From NCBI GenBank assembly GCA_043228905.1, contig JBHGNT010000011.1:9114001-9178000 (forward strand): a stretch of 64,000 bases of DNA, written 5' to 3'. This DNA is from Azolla caroliniana (taxonomy: Eukaryota; Plantae; Polypodiophyta). Under the pieces are notes generated by a model. The model had not been told where the DNA came from. It saw only the letters and a list, made by a program, of their open reading frames with translations, and did no database searches. Below are positions 24,301 to 37,136 of this stretch, piece after piece (within the stretch, counting starts at the first letter, position 1; each line of letters opens with the position of its first letter). Position numbers and translations under genes: made by a program.

Positions 24301-27300
24301 GCCTTCACTAAATTTTAGGAATGGGAATCTCTTGTGGAGAACGAGACATCAAAGAAAGTTCGAAAGATCAGGTCCGACAATGGTGGAGAGTTTATCTCTC
24401 AAGGTTTCCACCATTTTTGCTCTCAATGAGGCATTGCTCGCCAATTTTCTACACCCAATACTCAACAAAATGGTGTTGTGGAGAGGAAGAACCGGACAGT
24501 CCAAGAGATGGCTTGTATGATGCTATCTCAATCTGATCTTCCTCTCTTGTTTTGGGGTGAAGCTGTCAACACAGCAGTCCACATCATCAACTGTTGCCCA
24601 ACAAAAGCAATTGTTGCAATGGCCCCTGCAGAAGCATTTACAGGTGTAAAGCCCTCAATATCTCATTTTAAAGTCTTTGGTTGTGATGCTTATGTTCACA
24701 TTTCAGATCATAAAAGGACTAAATTTGAGTCCAAAACCAAGAAATGCAAATTTCTTGGTTACAGCACACAATCTAAAGCATGCAGGTTATGGGATTTAGA
24801 ATCAAAGTCCTAGTCATCTCTAGGGATGTTCATTTTGTGGAGTCTAAGCCAGACGACTCTAAGATTTCATCTGAGTTCACGGTTGGAATCCCAGCTGCTC
24901 CGGAATCTCCTATTTTAGACAAAGATGTCTCACCTTCAAGACCCCCATCTCCTTCTGCTCAATCTCTAACTTCGCCAACAACTCAAACCTCGCCCTCAAC
25001 TCCAGTTGTTTCCCCTCCCTCTACAAACCAGCTTCCACCACTTCCCAAGTGGTTTCAAGCCACCATTCGTGATTCTCATCTCTCCGAAGCTGAACTTCAT
25101 GAGTATACACATGGTTCTTTGACCAACATGAAAAGAACACGTAGGTCACAACAGCCTCTTCACTCATGCAACTTTGCCTTACTATGCACGGTTGTGCAAT
25201 CACAAGAACCCACAACAGCAAAAGAGGCCCTTGTTCTTCCAAAGTGCAAAGCAGCAATGGAAGTTGAACTTGATTACATTGAGCGGAATCATACATGGGA
25301 GTAGGTCTCACGGCCTACTCACAAGTCATCAAAGTTGTCAACTTGGCATATTGTCCTACTCAAGAAAATGTGGCTGATTTATTTACTAAGCCACTTACAA
25401 AGCAAGCCATTGATCAACTCCTTGGTCGACTCAATGTTGGATTGCCGTTTTGGAGCTGAGAGGAGGTGTTGGAGGGTGCCAGCTCTAGACCTGCACTCTC
25501 TTTCATCATTATTATCACTTTTCTTCATTTACTCTTCCTAGATTCTTCTCTCTCTAGAATCTGCACCTCTTTAAATGCCTTCTCTCTCTAGAATCTACAA
25601 CGCTTTAAATGCCTTCTTTCTCTCCCACTTTTTTAAAGATATTCCCATATGATAAAATCTCTAAAGAATATTGTTCTAAGATACAAGAAGCAATCAATGA
25701 CCTGCAAGGTGTACCTTATGCTTTAGCTTGTGGTTCACTTATGTATGCGATGTTTGCTACTAGACCTGATATTGCCTATGCAATGGGGGTTGTAAGCCGA
25801 TTCATGGCTAATCCAAGCAAAGCATATTGGAATGCAAAAAAGTCCATTATGAGGTATTTAAAAGGGACTAAAAATAAATGTGTCTGTTATGGAAAAGACC
25901 CATTAGAGCTGAAGGGTTCCTTTGACTCTAACATGGCAGGTGACGTGGATTCACAGAAATCCACAAGTGGCTATGTATCCACACTTGCAGGTGATGTTGT
26001 ATCACGGTGCAATAGGCTGCAAAAGGTTGTTGCTTTGTCCACTACCAATGCTGAATATATTTCAGCCACTGAGGCTTCCAAGGAAGCAATATTGTTAGCA
26101 CGTCTTTGTAGTGAGTTTGTTTGGCAAAGAATGCTATATTGATAAAGGTTCACACATCATAGAACCCTACAGATGTACTCACCAAGTGTTTTCTCAAAGC
26201 ACAACATCATATATGTATACAGATAGTGGGAGTTACGTAGCTTAAAGGCATCATCTATGCCTTTAAGTGGGAGGTTGTTGGGGTAAAGGCCCTAAATGGC
26301 CCCCTTTTAATGTATACATGTCTATAGGCCTACTTATAAAGGCCAAAAATCACTTATCACTTATTCTTTATTTTTGGGCCAAGATCAATGTGAACTTGGC
26401 CAACCCTAAATGGATCATATAAAACATAAGTTTAGAACTTTTACATCTCACTTCAAAAAAAAAAGTGAGCTCCTCCAATTGTTGCGCTCTCTATCTTTTC
26501 AGCCATCACTCTACTGTTGCACCTAAAGCGCCCATACTTGGGTGACTCTTGAGTATTCCTCAGCCCTATTGACATCATTTCTGACCCTTTCACAAATGCT
26601 CGCAAATAGGAACTTCAAAAGGTGTACAACATATAGTACAATAGGGCATGGTTGATGACATTCACATGAATTAGGGAATGGTCAATGTCTAATGTTTAAT
26701 CATGGGCTATGATTCTGTCTAGTACCAAACAAGCTCCATCCATGCAATATGTGAGCTCCCTATATAAGAGAGGCCTTAGCCACCCCTTAGGTCATTAATA
26801 GATTGGGGCCAAAGAATATAACCTATTATTATGCCAAAAGAACCAAATTCATGAAATGTTGAAGCATTCTCCATGGCATCAGTACTAAATTGATGTGAAT
26901 CTCTGGAAGCCTCCTTCAGACAATTCCTTATAACAAAACAAAGGCTCTTATTTTTCTTCTTTGGTAGTTCCCTCTTTAAATCTAGGAATTTTACGAAGAA
27001 CCATAAAAATACATACCCGAGCTACATTTGATAAGACTGACTCCCCATCAGCCAAGCAAGCAGCCATCATAAGTGTCTCTGTGGCGCCAACACTTGGAAA
27101 ATCGAAATGGAAGTTGCCTCCGGTAAGTCTCCTACCATTTTTTGCATAGGCATGTACTTTTCCTTGCCTGTAAAGACACACAAGCACATCTTTCACAAAG
27201 GAAGCAAAGCATGCAAAACAATTGGATTATGAAGCTTCAACAATTACCCTGGACCCACTTAGTGCTTTAGTGTGAAAATTACAGCATGTGTAAGTAGCAT

Positions 27301-27982
27301 AAAGTTATAATGTAATTTTATATTACCTGACCTCGATTTTAGCACCGAGGGCCTCCAATCCTCGCAAATGGATATCAATGGGTCTTGAACCTATGCAACA
27401 ACCACCTGGAAGGGCTAGTATTGCTTCTCCATGTCGTGCAACAAGAGCTCCGATCACAAAGAAACCGGCCCTAATCTTCTGAATGGCATTCACACATGGT
27501 TCAGCAGATGCAAGACCTCTTGCATTGATATATACATCAGATCCACATTGCCGAGCATGAACTCCCAATGACCTTAGCACTTGGAGCATCATTTTAACAT
27601 CAAGTAAGTCAGGAACCAACCTCAAACATACCTCTTCCGAGGAGCATAATGATCCCGCTAAAACTGCCAATGCAGAGTTTTTTGCACCACTGATGTTCAC
27701 ATGGCCTGAAAGCTTATTTCCACCGATAACACTGAAACTATCCAGCTGAAGCGAAGGTCCTTGACAAGGAGGTGGTGCCACCACTGAAAGACTCATGTCG
27801 AATTCAGTTGGAATGGCTAAGGTAGCTTGAATGGGTATGGAGGTATAGAGAGCTCTTGGGTATATACCATCCATAGACACAAAAAGATGTTGCCTTTTCC
27901 TCATGTTTCTTCTGGAGAACGACATGTGGGAAGATTTAAGCAAACATGGGTTCCATCCATATCTACAAACCAGGGCATCCAT
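15118..27982 (-). CDS. murA: UDP-N-acetylglucosamine 1-carboxyvinyltransferase (MurA), spliced, 6 coding exons, ~504 aa, probable plastid transit peptide
   Basis: Exons 27982-27327, 27167-27017, 19426-19142, 19072-18916, 18809-18731 and 15304-15118 join in frame (1515 nt) across five GT-AG introns (phases 2,0,0,1,2). MurA motifs appear in order: [88 protein letters not shown]. The start ATG at 27982 is the first in-frame ATG and is less certain than the rest. Confidence 0.95.
15361..18480 (-). mobile_element. Decayed LINE filling murA intron 5 (same orientation as the gene)
   Basis: The minus strand reads [17 protein letters not shown] (~17450-17520) and [23 protein letters not shown] (~15950-16020). 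The 3' terminus at 15400-15361 matches the 3' end of the LINE at 52906-52944. The 5' boundary is approximate. Confidence 0.8.
18731..18809 (-). CDS. murA: murA coding exon 5
   Basis: Acceptor TTTAG|CC, donor AG|GTATCA; reads (A)[25 protein letters not shown] and restores the frame between exons 4 and 6. It does not appear as its own ORF in the ORF track. Confidence 0.9.
18916..19072 (-). CDS. murA: murA coding exon 4
   Basis: Acceptor CTCCAG|ATT, donor G|GTAGCA; contains [14 protein letters not shown] and VFENRMSH. Confidence 0.95.
19142..19426 (-). CDS. murA: murA coding exon 3
   Basis: Acceptor TTTAG|GAA, donor CAG|GTAGAA; reads [11 protein letters not shown]...[15 protein letters not shown]...GILQ. 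Confidence 0.95.
19790..26631 (+). mobile_element. Decayed outer Ty1/Copia in murA intron 2, interrupted by a second Copia
   Basis: [12 protein letters not shown] and integrase remnants at 20100-20930. RT-end/RNase H ([34 protein letters not shown]) at 25700-26140. Polypurine tract (PPT) AAGTGGGAG, then a probable 3' LTR TGTTG..CAACA at 26276-26631. Boundaries are approximate. Confidence 0.75.
21913..25648 (+). mobile_element. Inner Ty1/Copia, RT-deleted, 5' LTR 21913-22365, truncated 3' LTR from 25467
   Basis: PBS TGGTATCAGAGC at 22366-22377. Motifs: gag, [59 protein letters not shown]. The LTR similarity is directly visible. Confidence 0.92.
27017..27167 (-). CDS. murA: murA coding exon 2
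   Basis: Acceptor TTTACAG|G, donor CGG|GTATGT; reads [50 protein letters not shown]. Confidence 0.95.
27327..27982 (-). CDS. murA: murA coding exon 1 (N-terminal extension plus N-terminal MurA region with the Lys22 and Cys115 equivalents)
   Basis: Reads MDALVCRY...[18 protein letters not shown]...[28 protein letters not shown]; donor AG|GTAATA at 27327/27326. Confidence 0.92.
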
Positions 27983-30900
27983 TTGTTTGCAAGCCCTAAC
28001 TAGATAATAAAGCAATGTAGTATGGCACAAAGACCCTTTCACAAAAGATGCAACAAACCCTAGAATACCATTGCTCAAGAAGAAGATGATGATGAGGGGG
28101 AGGAGTTAACCTTGTAATTGCAAGAAAAAACTAGGTCTTCTACATAATCAGCAGACCCAATATGAATGCATGGTGCACATTAATTCTCGTGGTGGAGAAA
28201 AACAATCTAAGCCTATCCTCCTTCTCCCTCCGCTTCCCTGGTTGTCAGTCTCTTTTCCGGACCACTTCGTTTGGGTTATCCCATTATCAGTTCAAATAAC
28301 ATTTTCTTCTCTCTGCTCCTTCTCATTCCATCTCTGATTTGGAGAGGCCGTCGTCAAAACCCAGACCACTTTTGCCGTACCACACCAAACTCGTTCTCCA
28401 CTTTAATTATTTTTGCTATTGCAGCTAATCAACACACATTTCTTACATGATTTCAAAGTTGAAACAAAGCATTTTGGGTCCTTCATGGTTTAGCACTCAA
28501 AGGATGATGCTAGCTCAAGGGTGTCACCAAAATACATGTGTGTGCACTGAAACGTGAGTGAGACCACCAGGGACTTGAATCATAGAGGATGGACTGGACT
28601 CGATTTGTGACCTTTGGTCCTTGGATTTTCTTATATTCTTTTCGTACACTTGTGTAGATATGGATAAACTTAATTGGAAAATTAATTAGAAGAAAGAGAT
28701 ATAAGATTTGTGGATACTTATACAATTGACGAATAGAGCTTTGATGGGATGTTCCTCAAGTTTCGGTTCAAAGGACCAACAAGACTATTTCCTTGCCTAT
28801 TGTTATCAATGATCTTGAACATCCTCTTGATTTGCTCCCCTAAGCCCGTTTCGAAATTCCAACAATTGAAGCGCCTTGATCCAAAATCCAACCCCTTGAC
28901 CATGAGCTCTCCTCCTCCCGTTTTAGGCCTCCAAAACTCCTCCAACTTATAAAAACAATCTCTCTTTTTAGCATGCACTCATTTTCCTCGAACACATACT
29001 CTAAGAAAATTGTTAATCTTCATATCCATCATCGTACATCTCTTAATTCAAACAAGACTTCAACCTTTGACATTTCATTTATATTGTGTGCTCTTGATTA
29101 TTGAGCTAAGCTTTTTTGTTATCTTTGATTTTATCTCATTTCATGTTCTTCTTGTTATATCTGTTGGAAAAAGATCCTAACAATATCCCCTTTCTTTCTC
29201 AAGCATAACCCATCATAGGATATCATAGGGCATAAAGGTGCCTCTCATAACGCGTGTCCATCTTTTCTTGTTTCCCATTTTTATTCATTCTACATGAGTC
29301 ACATAATTTGGTATGCTAAGCTTGAGCTTGACCCCACAACTTCCTTTTTCTCTCGATGCTCCCCTGTCACAAGCATCCTCTTTCGTTTCAACTCTCTCCA
29401 TTCCATTAAAAAAGGTCTTGATCTTTGAGACTTCAATCATAGTGACACGCGATGGGTTGTCAATCTTCCTTTCCTTGTCAAAACTACGTGAGGTCGAGCA
29501 AACATCGATGGAGAAAACTATAGGAATACCACTGGATGGATATACAAATTAGCATTATGATCACATTAGGGCCTTCAAGAAAAAGAGTGCAAGCGAGGTG
29601 CATGCTAAAAAGAGAGAACTATTTGGTGGGACATCGTGTACTTTGTTGATAATTGGATCCATTCATTGGAAACATGATGAACTATAGGCACCAATTTCAA
29701 TCGTGGAGGAATGTGTTGGAGTTTGGGACCGTCAGTGCGGAAACATGAACAACACCTTTGCTAAGAAGATCACCAAGTTAGCATAGTAAAGCAAGATCAA
29801 GGAGACAGATAGACAGGCACACAATGTGTAACTTTATTATTCAAAACTCAACGTTACAACAGAAATGGATGCAACAACCCTTTGGGCTAGGTTACAAAGC
29901 CAGTTATATACTAACTGGACTAGGGCAACTGGCCTTTGACATATTTACAGAATTGTCCTAAACCTAGATTGTCCAATGGACAATGTGAATACGGCCATTA
30001 TACACCCGTATTTGACACTTCCCCGTAATGGGCGTATAGACTATGGAGAAACCTATAATATAGAACAAGATGTACATGTTATACAAAGAGATTCTTGAGT
30101 GGATAGGGAGTCGGATTCGCTCCGATCCGACTCGGCTCAGTCGGTGTCGTACTCCGACATCTTCATCTTCCCTTTCTCTTTCCGTGTGAACCGTCTCCTC
30201 GGTTCCTTGCGTGGGGAGAGCACATTTGAGTCTTCACTGCTTGTTGGCTCTTCATCTGACTGGTCATTCCAACTTAGTCGCTCGTTCGGCCCAAACAGCC
30301 GAAATGAGATCGAACTCTCATCTAAAGTCCAGAAATCTTCTTCATCTACGTGGACCTCTTCGACCTCACTAGCCTCATCTTCCGGAATTGGGTTGGAATC
30401 GGGAGTTGGGGTCGATAGAGAGTACCAAGATGCCGACTCATCAAATTTGACATCGTGACTTACTCGAACTTGCTTAGTTCGGGGCTTATAACATTTGTAC
30501 CCCTTCTTCTCATGGGAGTAGCCAACCAATATGCACTTCTCTGACTTCGGGTCTAACTTCCTACGTCTCTCATATGGCACATGCACATTGTCTATGCTAC
30601 CAAATATCCTAAGGTGTCTTCAATTCGGTTTCCACCTGAAATACAGCTTGCGCGTTGACACATTATCCCCGATCCGGTTCTGAATGTAGACGGCCATCCA
30701 AACCACCTCTACCCAGTAGAACTTGAGCATGCTTTTCTCCTCAAGCATCGCCCTTGCTGCGTTGACAATCAACCGGTCCTTCCGCTCGGCAATGCCGTTT
30801 TGTTCTAGCATGTACCTGCAACTGAATTCCTTCTTGTTGTAGATACCGGTTGAATTGGCTGGAAAAGTACTAATTTCCACCATCCGACCGTAGACACTTG

Positions 30901-31966
30901 ATCTTCCTTCCCATTTCCCATTCAACTAAGCTCTAGAAATTCCGGAAACACTCGAAGACTTTGCTTTCCCTCTCAATCAAATAGATCCATGTGTGCCTGC
31001 TGAAGTCATTGATGAAGGAAACAAAATATCGACTCCCACCAAGTCTGCCATTTTGTGTCAGTCCCCATACATTTGAATGTATAAAGTTGAGCTTGTTACG
31101 GGTCCGATTTCTTTTTTGTGTGGAATGGAAACCGGTGTTGTTTCTCGAGTTGGTAGGCTTCACAAATTTGGGCCTTCCGGCCACTGAATTTTGGCAACCT
31201 GAGAACAAATTATCTCGATTACAAGTCTTGACGCCTCCTATAGTTGTCGTGGCCAATTCGCTTGTACCACAGATCGATATCTGATTCGATCTTCTGTCCT
31301 TTGGCAAACAAGGCGGCGTTGGTGTTGTTGGTATTGAGGATGAACATCCTCCCATCCCAGCGGCCTTGTGCAATTATCCGGCCTTCGTCCTCAATGAAAC
31401 ACTCGAGATTCATAAATCGTACCTGCATCCCTTGGTCGACGATCTGGCTAACCGATACCAGGTTCTTTATAATTGTCAGAATGTGCAACACGTTCATGAG
31501 CTTCCCTCTTTGTTGGGCATGGTTGAGGGGAACTTCTCAGACATGTTTGATCGGGTGAGGAGTGTCGTATCCGGTTTCGACAACTCCTGGTTGCTCCGAT
31601 TTCTCCAAGTATGAGAACCATTCTGCATGGCTCAACATGTGATTTGATGCTCTAGAGTCAACGTACCATACTTCCTCTACTCCAGAAGTGGTCTTCTTCA
31701 TCAAGTGTGCCTTGTGCTTCATCACAAAGGCTAGCCCCTTTTTGGTTTTTCCGGTTCCGGATCCTTCTTATCCTCCCATGTAGTGCGACCTTTATCAACT
31801 TCCTTGTCTACCCTTGCCGGATCTGGATTTGTCTATATCGGCACGCTTCTTCCAAAACTCGCTCTCCCGATGGTCTTTCTTGCGACAATACCATCATTCC
31901 GTGTCGGCCTTTGATTGGCAGTTCCCAGCACCGCCTTGACACCTCCTACTTGTGGAGGGTCCAGAA

Positions 31967-34900
31967 TGTTGGGGACAAGGTCGTCAGTGTGAAAGAACAA
32001 ACAACATCTGTGATGTTTAAGGACCTGTATATGAGAATGAACAAGATACATAGAGAGAGAGAGAGAGAGATAGGCACAAAGAAATGTTTTATTTCTTAAT
32101 AAACAGTTACAAATGACAACCAACAACTTCTCTCACTAAAGGTTACATAGTCACTTTATATAGTGACTATCCTAGGGCAACTACCCTTTATGCTATTTAC
32201 AGAAATAGCCCAACCTTGGGTTGTCCAAAGGGACAGTGTGAATACGGCCATTATACACTCGTATTCGACACTCCCCCGTAATGGGCATATACATGGGTTA
32301 TCTAAAATTACAGGTATATACAAGGTTTATCGGACAGATCGGTTTTATTCGAGTCGGCAAGATCTGAAGACAGAAGACCGAACCAGTCGGGTCGGAAGAG
32401 CTAAAGCCGATCCTCAAAGAACCGATGTCGGTTGTTCGAAACCATCCTGTGTTGTGTGTCCGACTTTAACCAGACCGATTTTTCGTTATGCCCATCTGGT
32501 GCCGAAGGGACCGGAAGCGATCCGCCGAAAGACACTTGGTCATTCCATCTGCGACATTATCGGTTGTGGATATCTTCTCGAGACCGATTTTCCCTGAAAT
32601 GATGCAGTCCCGAACAAAGTGATATCGAACGTTGATATGCTTGGAGGTGTTGTGGTGAACCGGATTTTTTGACAAAGCAATAGCACCCTGACTGTCGTTG
32701 TAGACAACTAGAGCCAAGTCAAAGTCGACTTGTTGAAACGTGTGCGCCAACCGACCGAGCCATAAAGCTTCTTTTGCCACGTTGGACACAACTACATATT
32801 CCGCTTCGGTTGTTGAGGTGGTTGTGCACTCCTGAAGTTTCGACTTCCATGAGATTGCTCCATTGCCGAATTTGAAACAATATCCGGTTGTTGATTTCCG
32901 ACTGTCCACACAGCCGGCAAAGTCCGAGTCGGTGTAACCGACTATGCTTGAGGTTGAGTACAGGCCAAAAAGAATGTTGTGATCTTTTGTGCTAGCTAGA
33001 TATTTGAACACATGCTTGATTGCGTTCCAGTGCGATCGGCCTAGGTTGTGCATGAATCTGCTGACGACTCCTACGACGTGAGAAATATCAGGCTGTGTCG
33101 CGACCATCGCGTACATAGGGGAGCCGACTACCGGTCCATATGGTACTGACTTCATATCTTCCCCCTCCGGATCGGATGTCGAGTAGTCTAGCTGAGACAA
33201 CCGAAGGTTAATGGGGAGCGGGGTCAAAGCAGACTTGGCCGAGTGCATGTTGAAGCGTTCCAAGACACGTCCGATATAGTCGGTTTGAGACAAGAAAAGT
33301 TGTCGTTTATCGCGATGCCGACTAATCTTCATACCAAGTATGTGTCTTGCCGGACCGAGGTTCTTCATGGCAAACTTCAACCGCAGTTTTCGAACGAGTT
33401 CGGTGAGCTCTCTGGCATGTCGGCGGGAGAGTAGCATGTCATCCACGTAAATGATGAGGAAGACGGGAGACCCGTATTGAGTTGTTTTGGTGAAGATACA
33501 GTGGTCCTCATCGCTCTTGGAGAAGCCGACCGACTGGATGAAGTCGTCGAACTTCTTGTACCACTGTCAGGGTGCCTGTTTCAGGCCGTATAAACTCTTC
33601 CCGAGTCAGCAGACTAGATGTTCCTGACTGGATGCCACAAAGCCTTTCGGCTGCTCCATATAGATTTCCTTCTGTAGTTCACCATGGAGGAATGCCGTTT
33701 TTGCATCTAGCTGAATCAACTCCAAGTTGTTGACGGCCATGACGTCGAGCATGAAACAAAGGATTGTCATTTTCACCACCGGTGAAAAGATTTCGTCGAA
33801 GTCGACGCCATGTTCTTGTCGAAATCCCTTCGCAACTAATCTGGCCTTGTACTTTGGGTTGGTCGAGTCAGACGTCTCTTTTAGTTGATAGACCCACTTA
33901 CATGGAAGAGCACTTTGATTCTTCGGTAATTCGACCAAGTCCCAAGTCTTGTTTGCGCGAATTGAGTGCATTTCCGACTCCATCGCTAGATGCCAGGTGG
34001 CTGAGTCGGTAGATGCCGATGCTTCTTCGTAAGACATCGGTTCGCCAGCGTCGGTAAAGAAAATTCCGGGAGAGTACCTTTCTAGAGTTTGCGACAGTCT
34101 CTCGGATCTTCGAGGTATGACTGAACTGGTCGCACCGGGTATAGGTGTCGGATGGTCGGAAGTCGAGCCACTCAACTATGCTAAATCGGTGGATTCAGGA
34201 TGGGAGGTGTTGGTTACCCGTGAAACCGATCTCGTGTTGTGGGTTGGGCCTTCATGAAGGGTTAACACTTCGGAAATATATTACCCTTCGAACTTCAATA
34301 GGCCTCTCAGCTGTTTTATGCAAAGCCGACTCGTTGAACACGACATCCGAACTTCGGATGATTTGTCTATGCTCGGGGTCCCAGAGTCGGTATCCGATCT
34401 CGCCGTCAGGTCCATATCCAAGGAAAACGCATTTCCTTGATCTTGGTTCGAGTTTCCGGCGGTCGTCTTTCGGTATGAGGGCTTACGCCTCGCAGCCGAA
34501 GATCCTCAGCTTGTCATAATTCGGCTTACTGATGGTCCATGTTTCCTAAGGTATTTTAAGTCCTAGAGGTCTACTTGGCGACATATTGATTATGTGTACT
34601 GTCGTAAGTAGAGCCTCAGCCCAGAAGCCATCCGACAATCCGGAGTGTTGGAGCATGGATACTATGCATTCTTGAATCGTCTGATTCATGCGTTCAACAA
34701 TTCCGTTTTGCTCCAGACTATAGGGTGCCATATATTCACATCGAATGCCGCGTTCCCGGCAAAATTTGACGAATTCGTCAGACTTGAATTCTCATCCATT
34801 ATCGGTTCGGAGACATTTTAGTTTCCGACCGGTCTGGTTTTGGACTATTGCAAGCCATTCGGAGAAGATCGAGAACACCTGATCTTTGGTTCTAATGGGG

Positions 34901-37090
34901 TAAGCCCACGCCTTCTGAGTCGAGTCGTTAATAAAACTGACGAAGTACGAAGCACCACCGAGTGATTGATGTGGCATTGAGCCACATACGTCCAAGTGGA
35001 CCAAATCGAGGGGACTCGATTCTCTTGGTGCTTGATGTCGGGTGTGATGCGGTTACCTATTTGGCATACTGGCAATGCTCGCAGAATTGGTGATCCGAGA
35101 AGGAAATCTTGGGGATGTAACCGGCTCTGGATAGGTGCGTTATGCCGGCCTTGTTGAGGTGTCCAAGTCGTCTGTGCCATAACGATGACATGGGGATATC
35201 AACCAAAAATAAGTTACCCTCTTTGAGTGTGACATATAAAGGGTACAAAGAGTGTACCTTTGGTCCTCGAGCAAGCAGGAGGTTCCCTTTGTGGAGTGTC
35301 CACACTCCTGATGAGAACCCGCCACGGATGCCGGGTTCGTCAAGTTTTTCGACTGAGATCAAGGGTCTTGAAAGCTCAGGAACGTGTCGGACGTTGTGTA
35401 TTACGAGTGTAGAGCCACCCAGAAGGTTGAGCTCTATGGTGCCGATTCCCATTATGGCACAGTGTTGCGAGTTCCCGACTCGAACTGAGTCGGAGTGACG
35501 GTCCGAGTATTGCCGAAACTGAGATCGTTGAGGTGTCACATGATACGATGCGCCCGAGTCCAGGAGCCATGTGCTCGATTCCTCAGTTGTAAGTAGAACT
35601 TTTGATTCGACTAGGTTCTCTATGGATAGTATGTTCGGGTCGGTCGTCAAAATTTTGGCTGAATAGCCGACGTAGTTGACCTCCTCATGCCGGCTACTCT
35701 TCTGATCCGCTCTCTGAGCTTTGTCGGTTTTTGCTTTGAGTGCCCGATAGTCGGCTTTGATGTGTCCCGGTTTCTTGCAGTAGTTGCAGATTCGGTTGTC
35801 CCGGGACTTGCTCTGGCTTCGCTGATTGTTCGGCAGTCGGGAAGAACTTCTTCCCTAGTTGTTCGATCGGTCGGTCGAACCTTGCACTACGTAAGCTTCA
35901 TCTACTGAATCTTTGGCAAAAGACTTTCTCCGAGTTGTTTCAGTCAGGATTGTGCTCGTGATTTCGGAGTACTTAATGGCAGTTGTTGAAGCATTGCACA
36001 TGGTTGTGACGAAAGTTTCCGAAGAGGAGAGGAGACTACTCATGAGTATCATTGCTCTGAGTTCATCCTCTATTGTCGTCCCCTGAGACGATATTTGGGA
36101 GCTTAGGCTTTCGTACTCGTTGAGGTGTGCCTGAACCGAATCAGATTCTTTCATCCACAAGTTGTAGAGGCGCCGGATCAGATACATCTTCATCACGACG
36201 ACCTTCTTTTCATAAGTTTCTGACAATGTTTTCCAAAGTTCAAAAGCTGTCGTGCATGATTGCATTGTGAAGTACACTGACTCCGACAAGTGCATCCGAA
36301 TCGTGGCACGGATGATTTTGTCCAGCTTTAGCCACTCTTTTGCCTTGTATGCTTCTAGAGGATTTTCATTCTCAATCGGGTCTATTTGACCCTTGACTAT
36401 GAGATAGTCCTGCATTTGTTCCTTCCAAAAGTTGAAGTTCGAACCGTCGAACCTCATTAGACTCATCTCCGATGAGCCGGATGTTGATGCCATCTGATTC
36501 GGTTTCGGTTGGTAAGACTCTGTTCGGAGTTGACTAGGAACCTTAGTGGGGTGCAGCCGGTCGGCTCACCCGATATCGTTCTAGTCGGTCTTGAACCCGA
36601 GTCGGTTTGGTTTTAGATACTTGTTCGTTGAACCTTCTTGGAGTGATTCTGGTTAGCTTTCAATTGTATGCCAAATACCGATGACAAGAAACCGATTGTT
36701 TAGGTTGATTCTGCTTTGAATGACTACAACGATGAGAGGGACAGATCCAATTGATCCTCCTGAATGTCGATAAGCCGAATGAAGCATGAATTTGGTTGTT
36801 CCTTGGAGACCAATCTCAGGTGGTTACAATCACAGGAAATGAGTATGGCCGACTAGCTTACTCTAATTAGTGATTTAACACAGTGAGATGCAGACTTCTT
36901 GTTTGTCTTCTGTCTTCTCTGTTCTTCAAGAAAAAACAGAAACAAAATGTTGTGTGGTGTACTATGACGGCCGACAGCGGGTTGAAGAACCTCCAACGCT
37001 CTGATACCAAATGTTGGGGACAAGGTCGTCAGTGCGGAAGAACAAACAACATCTGTGATGTTGAAGGACCTGTGTATGAGAATGAACAAG

Positions 37091-37136
<46 letters not shown>

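Noticed and set aside
15118-27982. Bacterial contamination or recent horizontal transfer of murA
   Set aside because: Five spliceosomal introns containing plant TEs and an N-terminal extension show long nuclear residence.
27983-28110. ORF extension to the TTG at 28078; possible 5' UTR intron 28110-27996 (AAG|GTTAAC...TTAG|G)
   Set aside because: A TTG start is unlikely for a nuclear gene; the UTR intron is plausible but cannot be supported without transcripts.
28500-29700. Short ORFs and a ~20-bp inverted match (GTGCATGCTAAAAAGAGA at ~28961 and ~29597) upstream of murA
   Set aside because: Probably old TE debris; no recognisable domain or termini.
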